Shown here in pieces: positions 8,467 through 15,789 of a DNA stretch of 64,000 nt. A program made the translations under genes and the position numbers. This DNA is from Candidatus Woesearchaeota archaeon (GTDB lineage Archaea > Nanobdellota > Nanobdellia > Pacearchaeales > GW2011-AR1): NCBI GenBank assembly GCA_964410025.1, contig CAYPFA010000003.1, positions 20,880-84,879 of the forward strand. Reading direction: 5' to 3'. Numbering within the stretch: position 1 is the stretch's first letter; each line of letters opens with the position of its first letter. Below the pieces are notes generated by a model, which made no database searches, was not told where the DNA came from, and was given only the letters and a program-made list of their open reading frames with translations.

Positions 8467-8922
8467 ATGGTAAAAGAACAACAAGAATTTTCAAAATATG
8501 AACGAGCAAGAATTTTAGGAGCACGAGCTTTGCAAATTTCTATGGATGCTCCACTTTTAATGAAAGTTGATGATGCTGATTTGGAAAATTTAAACTTTGA
8601 TCCTTTGAAAATTGCTCAAAAAGAACTTGACTCTGGAGTTTTACCAATTACAATTAATAGACCAATGCCAGAAAAGAGAGACGAGAAACTTAAAGAAATA
8701 AAGATTGAAGAGCTTGAAAAAGAAGAAGAAGAAAAAGCAAAAGAAGCACCTAAAGAAGAAGATAAAGAAGAATCAGATGAAACCGCAACAGTAGTTACTG
8801 AAGAAAAGGCAACAGAAGTGGCTGATATGAAATCTGATGAAGAAGTAGAAGAAGAAGTTGAAAGCGAGGGAGCTGGAGAAGATCTTGGCGGCGGAGACGA
8901 AGGCGGATCATCAGAAGAATAA
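8467..8922 (+). CDS. rpoK: RNA polymerase subunit Rpo6/K (Rpb6 homolog) with an ~80-aa acidic C-terminal tail
   Basis: SKYERARILGARALQISMDAPLLMKV matches the Rpb6/RpoK signature. The C-terminal half is E/D/K-rich low complexity. Confidence 0.75.
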   Translation: MVKEQQEFSKYERARILGARALQISMDAPLLMKVDDADLENLNFDPLKIAQKELDSGVLPITINRPMPEKRDEKLKEIKIEELEKEEEEKAKEAPKEEDKEESDETATVVTEEKATEVADMKSDEEVEEEVESEGAGEDLGGGDEGGSSEE

Positions 8923-8972
8923 GAATATGAACAGAAAAATTAGATTTATATTAATTATAAGGGAGGATTTCT

Positions 8973-9311
8973 ATGGAAGGTTTTAATAGAGGCGGAGGAC
9001 GTGGCGGTTTCGGAGGCGGTCGAGGCGGTGGCTTTGGTGGCGGAAGAGGCGGCGGATTTCAAAGAAGAAGCTTTAACGACGGACCGAGAGAAATGCACAA
9101 GGCAACTTGCACAGAGTGTAAGAAAGAATGTGAAGTTCCATTCAAGCCAACAGAAGGCAAACCAGTTTTCTGTAAGGATTGTTACTTCAAAAAGAAAAAT
9201 GCTGAAGGCGGAAACGAAGGCTTTAGACCAAGACGACAAGAACAACCATCGCAAGATGCGGGTTCAAGTGGTAAGGACGATTTTGAATCATCTCAATCTG
9301 ACGGCGAATAA
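8973..9311 (+). CDS. RGG/GAR-repeat protein with C4 zinc ribbon (putative RNA-binding)
   Basis: GGGAGG Shine-Dalgarno 7 nt upstream of ATG 8973. N-terminus NRGGGRGGFGGGRGGGFGGGRGGGFQRR, then CTECKKEC-x17-FCKDCY. Forms a GC-rich island in AT-rich DNA. Alternative-frame ORF 9001..9321 rejected. Confidence 0.6.
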   Translation: MEGFNRGGGRGGFGGGRGGGFGGGRGGGFQRRSFNDGPREMHKATCTECKKECEVPFKPTEGKPVFCKDCYFKKKNAEGGNEGFRPRRQEQPSQDAGSSGKDDFESSQSDGE

Positions 9312-9544
9312 AGCGCTTTGAGCGAAAACAAAAGTAAAATAAAATTTACTTTTCGCGAGATGCATTTTATGAGCAGGATAAAAGACTTTAGTATCTTAAT
9401 TTAATTTTTATTTTATTCCTCTTTATTTTTTGAGAGATTTTTTATTTTTTAGAACTTTTATGCACAAGGTGTCATTTAGAAAGATTTTTGTTACTTATTT
9501 TTTTATTTCAAAACCTTTATTAACTAATTCTGAGTAATAAATTT

Positions 9545-10771
9545 ATGTTCATAAAAAGTGGTGGTGCGCGAACAATCAAAAATTCTCGAGGAGAAAAAAC
9601 GATTGAAGTTTTTCTTAAAACTTATACAGGTAATTTTATAGCCTCAGCGCCTTCTGGAAAATCAAAAGGAAAACATGAAGTTCAAGATTATAGCGATAGA
9701 GGAATTGATTGGAGCGTGAGACTCGTAGGATCATTTTTTGGAAAACTTGTTAATAGAAATTTAATGATTAAAGATTTGGACGACTTGGCAGAAGTTGAAA
9801 AACTAATAAATAATTTTGAATCAGTTCATGGAAAAATTGGCGGAAATGCAAAGTATGCCGTAGAATGTGTTTTTATTAAGGCTGCTGCAAAAGAAAATAA
9901 AAAAGAATTATGGAAATTTGTTTATGATTCTATGAATTTTAAGGACATAAAAATGCCAATGCCAGTTGGAAATTGCATCGGTGGTGGCCTACATTCAAAA
10001 GGAATTTATGGCAAAAAACCAGATTTTCAGGAATTTTTATTAATACCAAATGAAGAAACTTTTTCGCACGCTGTAACAAGAAATATTCATGCCTATCTTT
10101 ATGCTAAAAAACTTTTGAAAGCAAGACATCATGCCTGGATAATGCAGACAAATGATGAGCATGCATGGAATACAAATTTATCTAATGAAGAAGTTCTTGA
10201 TGTTCTTTCTACTGTTGCTGAAAAATATAATTTAAGAATTGGTTTAGATGTTGCATCTTCAAGTTTTGTTGATAAAAATGGTTATTATAATTATGAAAAC
10301 AAATCCTTAATGCGAGATAGAACTGAGCAAGTGGATTATATAAAAATTTTAACCAAAAAATATAATTTATTTTATATTGAAGATCCCCTAATGGAAGAAG
10401 ATTTTTCAGGATTTAAAGAATTGCTTGGAAAAGTCAACTCAAAAAATACAATGATTGTTGGAGACGATTTGACTACGACGAATGTTCAAAGAGTTGGAAG
10501 AGCGGTTCGGGCTGGTTCTATAAACGCGATGATTGTAAAGCCCAATCAAATAGGTTCTTTATTAGAAGTAAAAAAAGTTATAGAATTTTGTAAGAAAAAT
10601 AAAATAAAAATCATTTTCTCCCATCGTTCTGGAGAAACAATGGACAATGCTCTTGGAGATTTTGCAGTCGGATTTCAAGCTGATTTTGTTAAAACGGGAA
10701 TTTATGGCAAAGAAAGATTAATAAAATTAAAGAGAATAATTGAAATCGAAAAGAGTTTGAGGAAGATATGA
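9545..10771 (+). CDS. eno: Enolase (phosphopyruvate hydratase), divergent
   Basis: N-terminal ARTIKNSRGEKTIEVFL (cf. enolase A.EILDSRGNPTVEV) and C-terminal IVKPNQIGSLLE...SHRSGETMDNALGDFAVG (enolase signature SHRSGETED...ADLAV). Confidence 0.75.
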   Translation: MFIKSGGARTIKNSRGEKTIEVFLKTYTGNFIASAPSGKSKGKHEVQDYSDRGIDWSVRLVGSFFGKLVNRNLMIKDLDDLAEVEKLINNFESVHGKIGGNAKYAVECVFIKAAAKENKKELWKFVYDSMNFKDIKMPMPVGNCIGGGLHSKGIYGKKPDFQEFLLIPNEETFSHAVTRNIHAYLYAKKLLKARHHAWIMQTNDEHAWNTNLSNEEVLDVLSTVAEKYNLRIGLDVASSSFVDKNGYYNYENKSLMRDRTEQVDYIKILTKKYNLFYIEDPLMEEDFSGFKELLGKVNSKNTMIVGDDLTTTNVQRVGRAVRAGSINAMIVKPNQIGSLLEVKKVIEFCKKNKIKIIFSHRSGETMDNALGDFAVGFQADFVKTGIYGKERLIKLKRIIEIEKSLRKI

Positions 10772-11208
10772 TGGAGATTAGAAAAGCTAAGAAAGGCGAC
10801 TTAAAAGAAATTGCTGAGATATTCAGAGTTGAAACTGCCAAAGAGCCATACTTAATGAATTGGAATGAGAAAACCTCCTTAATGAAGATAAAAGAGCTAT
10901 TTGAAATTGGAGAAATTTTTATTCTAGAAGAAAAGAAAATAATTGGTTTTATTGCGATTCAAATAAGACTCGGCTCAAAAGGCAAAAAGGCAATTGTTGA
11001 TGAATTGTGGATTAAACAAGATTTTCAGGGGAAAGGATTCGGGAAAAGCCTAATTAATTTCCTCGAAAATTATTTGAAGAAAAAGAATATTTTTAGAATT
11101 GCCGTAATTTCAGATAAAAATTCTAAGGCATACGGATTTTATGAAAAATTAAACTTTAAGGCTTATCCAGAAGACATTTTAATGGCTAAAAAGATAGATG
11201 AAAATTGA
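10768..11208 (+). CDS. GNAT family N-acetyltransferase
   Basis: 146 aa. LWIKQDFQGKGFGKSLINFLE (acetyl-CoA binding Q/RxxGxG/A) and YGFYEKLNFK. ATGA overlap with eno. Confidence 0.6.
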   Translation: MMEIRKAKKGDLKEIAEIFRVETAKEPYLMNWNEKTSLMKIKELFEIGEIFILEEKKIIGFIAIQIRLGSKGKKAIVDELWIKQDFQGKGFGKSLINFLENYLKKKNIFRIAVISDKNSKAYGFYEKLNFKAYPEDILMAKKIDEN

Positions 11209-11740
11209 AATCATAAAAAATAAAAATATTACAAAAGAGATTGAGAATTTTATTAACGATTTAAGGCAGGCTGAGTGGCCAGAAGATCCAAGAAAAGATT
11301 TTGAAAAATCGTACGAGCCTGAAACTAGATGGTTATTTCTCAAAGATAAAACTAAAATCTTAGCAATGGGCGGATTAAGACCTATAAAAATTAATTATTT
11401 AGGAAAGAAATACGTAATAGAGGGCATATGTAGTATAATTTCTGTTAAAAAGGGCAAGGGGTGTGGTAAAAAAATTATGCAAAAAATAGTTAAAATTCTA
11501 AAAGATGAAAATAAGACTGGACTAGGATTCTGCGGCCCTAGCGTTACCCCATTTTATCAAAAATCTGGACTTAAAACCGAGAAAGATTTTGTAAAAAGAT
11601 TTATTTATAAAAACTCAGAAACTGGCGAAGAAATAATCGATAATCATGGAGATGGAATTTATTATGATGGCAAGGATAAATTTGTTTCTAAAGTTTTGAA
11701 AAGCCAAGAACCTGTTTATATTAATGTATTACACTGGTAA
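11198..11740 (+). CDS. Putative GNAT-like acetyltransferase
   Basis: 180 aa. ICSIISVKKGKGCGKKIMQKI resembles GNAT motif A. Weak. Confidence 0.3.
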   Translation: MKIEIIKNKNITKEIENFINDLRQAEWPEDPRKDFEKSYEPETRWLFLKDKTKILAMGGLRPIKINYLGKKYVIEGICSIISVKKGKGCGKKIMQKIVKILKDENKTGLGFCGPSVTPFYQKSGLKTEKDFVKRFIYKNSETGEEIIDNHGDGIYYDGKDKFVSKVLKSQEPVYINVLHW

Positions 11741-11848
11741 ATCTAAACCTTTAAAAACCCCCAATTAATGAATAGATTAGCACGTACTGGCTGAAACAAA
11801 CCCAGATCAACTCGTGCGCTTGTTATACTAAAATTACAAAAACGAAAA

Positions 11849-12676
11849 ATGCCTACAAAAAAGAAAAAAGCAGATATTGTTGAAGGAGAAAACTTAGTTG
11901 TTGAAGATAGCGTAGAGGCTAAAGAAGAAGCTGTAAAAGAAATTAAGGAAGCAACAAAGGAACAAACAATTCTTACAGACATCGAAGATTATATTAAAAC
12001 ATCGTCCTATTTAGGAACTAAAGTTATTACTCCGACAATGAGAAAGTATGTTTATAGAAGAAGAATGGACGGACTTGCAATTTTAAATACACTTTTAGTT
12101 GATAAAAAATTAAAAGACTCCGTAGATTTTATTTCCAAATTTAAACCAAATGAATGGACATTAGTTTGTAAGAGAGAAGCTGGCTGGAGAGCAGTAAAAA
12201 TGTTTTCTGAATTAACTGGCGTTAGAATTTTCACAAAGAAATATCCTGCTGGCATTGTTACAAATACATGCTTACCAGAATTTTTTGAAACAAAAATGAT
12301 AATGGTTTGTGATCCATGGTTAGACAAGAATGCATTAACTGATGCAAAAAATATTAGAGTTCCAGTTGTTGGAATTTGTAACACAAATAATAATACTTCA
12401 AATATTGACTTTGTAATAATTGGAAACAATCATAGCAACAAATCTTTAGGATTATTTTTCTGGCTTTTAGCAAGAGAATATATGAAAGCGCATGGAATAG
12501 ATAAGAAAGTACCTTCACTTGAAGACTTCGTCGGAGAAGCTCTTATTATGGAAGAACCAAAGAAGAAAAGAAAAGAAAAAGATGCTGCTGACAAATTGAA
12601 AGAAGCTGAAAACTCTATTGAAGCAAGGTTTAAGAAGATTACAGAGAAAGAAAGTGGCGCTGCTGAAGGCGTATAA
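11849..12676 (+). CDS. rps2: 30S ribosomal protein S2 (uS2) with K/E-rich N-terminal extension
   Basis: VCDPWLDKNALTDAKNIRVPVVGICNTNNNTSNIDFVIIGNNHSNKSLGLFFWLLAREY matches the uS2 C-terminal signature. Confidence 0.8.
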   Translation: MPTKKKKADIVEGENLVVEDSVEAKEEAVKEIKEATKEQTILTDIEDYIKTSSYLGTKVITPTMRKYVYRRRMDGLAILNTLLVDKKLKDSVDFISKFKPNEWTLVCKREAGWRAVKMFSELTGVRIFTKKYPAGIVTNTCLPEFFETKMIMVCDPWLDKNALTDAKNIRVPVVGICNTNNNTSNIDFVIIGNNHSNKSLGLFFWLLAREYMKAHGIDKKVPSLEDFVGEALIMEEPKKKRKEKDAADKLKEAENSIEARFKKITEKESGAAEGV

Positions 12677-12751
12677 TAACATAAATCTATCTTCCTAAAA
12701 TATATTTTTCACAACATATATCTTTAAAACCTAAGCCGGTATTTTTGTCCT

Positions 12752-13156
12752 ATGATAAAAAGAGCGGTGATTGTTGAGACTCCATTTATGGGCGATGTTC
12801 CAAAAAATGTTATGTATGCTCGAGCCTACTGTAGAGATTGCATAGTAAATCACAATGAAGCCCCATTTTTATCTCATATAATTTATACACAGAGAGGAAT
12901 TTTGAATGATAACAATCCTCCAGAAAGAAATCTCGGAATTGAGGTCGGGTTATATTTCGGACAGTTTATGAAAGCATCAGTTGTTTATACAAATCTTGGA
13001 ATCTCTGGCGGAATGCAAAGAGGAATGGAGAGGGCAGAGAAGGAGGGTAGGGAAATAGTCGTTAGAAAATTAGACGACGATTGGGAAAAAGTTCAGAAGG
13101 AATTAATAGAAGGCATGCCAAATCATCCATTTGCTCTTCATCAAGTTTTCATGTAG
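12752..13156 (+). CDS. Hypothetical protein
   Basis: 134-aa ORF with no recognisable motif. Confidence 0.3.
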   Translation: MIKRAVIVETPFMGDVPKNVMYARAYCRDCIVNHNEAPFLSHIIYTQRGILNDNNPPERNLGIEVGLYFGQFMKASVVYTNLGISGGMQRGMERAEKEGREIVVRKLDDDWEKVQKELIEGMPNHPFALHQVFM

Positions 13157-13278
13157 ATTGAGAAAAACCCAAACGTTTATAAATCGAAATTTCAAACTAA
13201 ATATACCAATGATCAGTTTAACTGAGAGGAAACTTTCTGTTATGTTATTATTGGGAATTAAATTACACAAAAACAAAA

Positions 13279-13575
13279 ATGATTTCAGTATACGATATTG
13301 TAGAAAAAGCAGCAAAGACTGGAAAGATTGATAGAGGGATAAACGAAGTTACCAAGGCTATCGAAAGAGGCGTTGCGTTACTTGTTGTTTATGCATCTGA
13401 TGTTAATCCAAAAGAATTGACTCAACATTTACCTATTCTTGCAAAAGAAAAAGGAATAAAATGTATTGAAGCAGATTCAAAACAAAAGTTAGGACTTGCT
13501 GCAGGAATTAGTGTTTCAACTGGCGCAGTAGCTATAATACAAGCTGGCGACGCGAAACTTGATTCTTTACAATAA
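13279..13575 (+). CDS. rpl7ae: 50S ribosomal protein L7Ae (kink-turn binding)
   Basis: VEKAAKTGKIDRGINEVTKAIERGVALLVVYASDVNPKELTQHLPILAKEKGIKCIEADSKQKLGLAAGI matches L7Ae/L30e. Head of a conserved L7Ae-S28e-L24e cluster. Confidence 0.85.
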   Translation: MISVYDIVEKAAKTGKIDRGINEVTKAIERGVALLVVYASDVNPKELTQHLPILAKEKGIKCIEADSKQKLGLAAGISVSTGAVAIIQAGDAKLDSLQ

Positions 13576-13624
13576 TTAAAATTATTATTTGTAGGTAAGA
13601 AACTAATTAATTTAAATTCATAAC

Positions 13625-13921
13625 ATGGCTAAAGATCAACGAACAAAGGATGTACAAGGAAGTGCTACTAAGGGTTCTGATAAAATTATGGAAGCAGGCG
13701 GAGCTGTTCCCGGTATCGTTGAAGCTGTTGTCGGAAGAACTGGTTCTAGAGGCGAATTAACACAGGTTAAGGTTAGAGTTTTGCAAGGAAAAAATGCTGG
13801 AAAACAAATCAGAAGAAATGTTAGAGGACCAATCAAACCAAGAGATGTTTTAATGATGAGAGAAACTGAAATTGAAGCAAGAAAATTAATGAAAAGAATA
13901 CAAAAGGGAGCGTTCAGCTAA
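13625..13921 (+). CDS. rps28e: 30S ribosomal protein S28e
   Basis: VVGRTGSRGELTQVKVRVLQGKNAGKQIRRNVRGPIKPRDVLMMRETEIEARKL matches the S28e family. Confidence 0.85.
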   Translation: MAKDQRTKDVQGSATKGSDKIMEAGGAVPGIVEAVVGRTGSRGELTQVKVRVLQGKNAGKQIRRNVRGPIKPRDVLMMRETEIEARKLMKRIQKGAFS

Positions 13922-13922
13922 A

Positions 13923-14126
13923 ATGCCAAGATGCTCATTCTGCAAATCAACCTATGAATTTCCACTAGGTGTTACTGTAGTTCAAAAAGATGGAACAGCT
14001 AGAACATATTGCTCTTCTAAATGTAGAAAGAATTCTGAGATGGGAAGAGACAATCGAAAAGTTAAGTGGGTTACGAAGAATAAGGAAGCTGTAGAAGCTG
14101 AAAGATTAGAAAGAAAGAACGCTTAA
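13923..14126 (+). CDS. rpl24e: 50S ribosomal protein L24e
   Basis: MPRCSFCKSTYEFPLGVTVVQKDGTARTYCSSKCRKNSEMGRDNRKVKW matches the L24e zinc-binding family. Confidence 0.85.
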   Translation: MPRCSFCKSTYEFPLGVTVVQKDGTARTYCSSKCRKNSEMGRDNRKVKWVTKNKEAVEAERLERKNA

Positions 14127-14402
14127 ATGGAACAAGAAAAATACCAACTTCAAGAAAGCATAAAATATTCTACTGATTCGGGTTCAAAATATTCTTTACA
14201 ACGACCAATTTATTCTCCATCGATGATGTATTCCAGATTTAACAATTTATATAACGGAAGATATTAAATTCTTAAAATTAGCGTGATTAAACAGACAACT
14301 AACTGACAAATTACTCAGCCTATTTCATTCTGCTTCAAATAAACACCCTATTAGTAAATTAAAATTAATAAACTAAGATCCAAATAAACATTAATCAACT
14401 AA

Positions 14403-14771
14403 TTACTGACAATGACGACAGTTGATACTTGGACTGCCAGCATTATTGCATGAACATGGATCATCATACCAACACGTAGGACTGTCAGAGCTGCATATGT
14501 TCTTATCGCAAGAGCATTCACTGTCACATGCACAATGCTTCTCACATTGACAGTAATCGTTACAACGACAGTGTCTGCACTCACTATCGCACCTACACTC
14601 TGTATTGCAGTCGCACTTATAATCATCGCAACTTGAGCTTTGTGCATCGCAACTGCAACCAAAAGTTTTTTCTGCGATTGTTCCCTTGCCGCTTCTCAGC
14701 AAGACTGCTCTTATTAACTTAGAATCTTCTGGTGTTGTGCTTAAGATGAACCTGTCGTTTGGTTTTTGCAT
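14403..14771 (-). CDS. Cys-rich precursor-like peptide 1 (conserved leader + 22-Cys core with CxC[D/N]xxC heptads)
   Basis: MQKPNDRFILSTTPEDSKLIRAVLLRSGKGTIAEKTFG then CSCDAQSSSCDDYKCDCNTECRCDSECRHCRCNDYCQCEKHCACDSECSCDKNIC.... It is a paralog of ORF 15472..15789 and co-directional with the rSAM and peptidase. Confidence 0.6.
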   Translation of the reverse strand: MQKPNDRFILSTTPEDSKLIRAVLLRSGKGTIAEKTFGCSCDAQSSSCDDYKCDCNTECRCDSECRHCRCNDYCQCEKHCACDSECSCDKNICSSDSPTCWYDDPCSCNNAGSPSINCRHCQ

Positions 14772-14806
14772 TATATTTTATACTTTTTAGATTTAAATAA
14801 ATTGTG

Positions 14807-15469
14807 CTAAATAATTACTACTCCCCAGTCCAAAGCTGAGATGTCTCTAATTCTGTTAAAATCTGAAAATAGCATGTGCTTATTCGCGCCCGCAAAACTT
14901 GGACCAGAATTGTGATAAATTATTCCAGTAGAGTCATACCCTACCAAGGGAATATAATGTCCTCCAAAACGATTTACTTTTAAGAAGGAATCGTAATTTA
15001 ATAAGACGATGGGGATTCGCCCGCTGTCTATTTTCTTTAATAAAAATTCTAGGGGTGGGCGTGATGGTTTCTTCTGCGATAACTCGTCTGCAAAAACTTC
15101 TTTATTTATTTCTGCAACTTTTTCTAAATTTATTGAGGATAAAAGATTTTCTGCGAATTCTCCATAGAACTTTTTACTAGCTTGTCTTAATTGCTCTATA
15201 TCTGTAGGATCGCATAACATTGGATCTTTTATGAAATATTCTACCGGGACTCCTAGTTTTCTACAGGCGAGAACAATCTGAGTAGGCAGTGTCAATTCTT
15301 TTTCCTCGTGCCTAGTTAATTCATTTAGTTCTTCAAAGGAAAATTCTCTTTCGGGCAATCTGACTTTCAACGCGGACATCATCGCTGCCTGGGCGCAATT
15401 TCTTTTCTGGCTTAAAAAAAATGGAACTTGCATTTTATCTAATAATTTATCCAAAATAATCTCCACCAT
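14807..15469 (-). CDS. Papain-like Cys peptidase, C39-like (putative leader peptidase)
   Basis: 220 aa. N-terminal Q-x3-NCAQAAMMSAL resembles the C39 catalytic Cys motif (Q...CG.A.L). Downstream GGHYIPLVGYDSTG supplies candidate His/Asp. Confidence 0.5.
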   Translation of the reverse strand: MVEIILDKLLDKMQVPFFLSQKRNCAQAAMMSALKVRLPEREFSFEELNELTRHEEKELTLPTQIVLACRKLGVPVEYFIKDPMLCDPTDIEQLRQASKKFYGEFAENLLSSINLEKVAEINKEVFADELSQKKPSRPPLEFLLKKIDSGRIPIVLLNYDSFLKVNRFGGHYIPLVGYDSTGIIYHNSGPSFAGANKHMLFSDFNRIRDISALDWGVVII

Positions 15470-15471
15470 TT

Positions 15472-15789
15472 TTACTTCACACGGAAATCAAAATCATCAT
15501 AAGGGCATGCACCGTGATGCTCATTACAGCTACAATAATTATCACATCTGCATGGCTCTTTATAATCTACGCAAATACAATGTTTACATTGTGAATCGCA
15601 CCTACATTGTACGTTGCAGTCACATTGAGGATCGCAGTGACTATCACAACTTGAGCTTTGTGTGTCGCAACTGCAACCAAAAGTTTTTTCTGCAATTGTT
15701 CCCTTGCCACTTCTCAGCAAGACTGCTTTTATTAACTTAGAATCTTTATGTGTTGTACTTAATATGAACCTATCTTTTGGTTTTTGCAT
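15472..15789 (-). CDS. Cys-rich precursor-like peptide 2 (same leader, 16-Cys core). Start moved to internal ATG 15789 preceded by GGAGG.
   Basis: MQKPKDRFILSTTHKDSKLIKAVLLRSGKGTIAEKTFG then CSCDTQSSSCDSHCDPQCDCNVQCRCDSQCKHCICVDYKEPCRCDNYCSCNEHHGAC.... GGAGG 9 nt upstream of the internal Met. Overlaps the 3' end of the rSAM gene. Confidence 0.6.
   Translation of the reverse strand: MQKPKDRFILSTTHKDSKLIKAVLLRSGKGTIAEKTFGCSCDTQSSSCDSHCDPQCDCNVQCRCDSQCKHCICVDYKEPCRCDNYCSCNEHHGACPYDDFDFRVK

Noticed and set aside
9001-9321. Alternative-frame 106-aa ORF overlapping the RGG/zinc-ribbon gene
   Set aside because: The 8973 frame has a strong GGGAGG SD and encodes a coherent RGG plus CxxC ribbon architecture. 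The 9001 frame is Ala/Val-rich with no ribosome-binding site.
14399-14722. Antisense ORFs (14399..14662, 14528..14722) and 15507..15740 inside the Cys-rich genes
   Set aside because: These are generated by the periodic TGC/TGT codons of the precursor-like genes read on the opposite strand. The sense frames carry the conserved leader and the RBS.
14403-15789. Interpretation of the Cys-rich ORFs as plain metallothioneins
   Set aside because: This is not fully excluded. The shared 40-aa non-Cys leader, the adjacent rSAM/SPASM enzyme with an N-terminal extension and the C39-like peptidase make a modified-peptide role more parsimonious.
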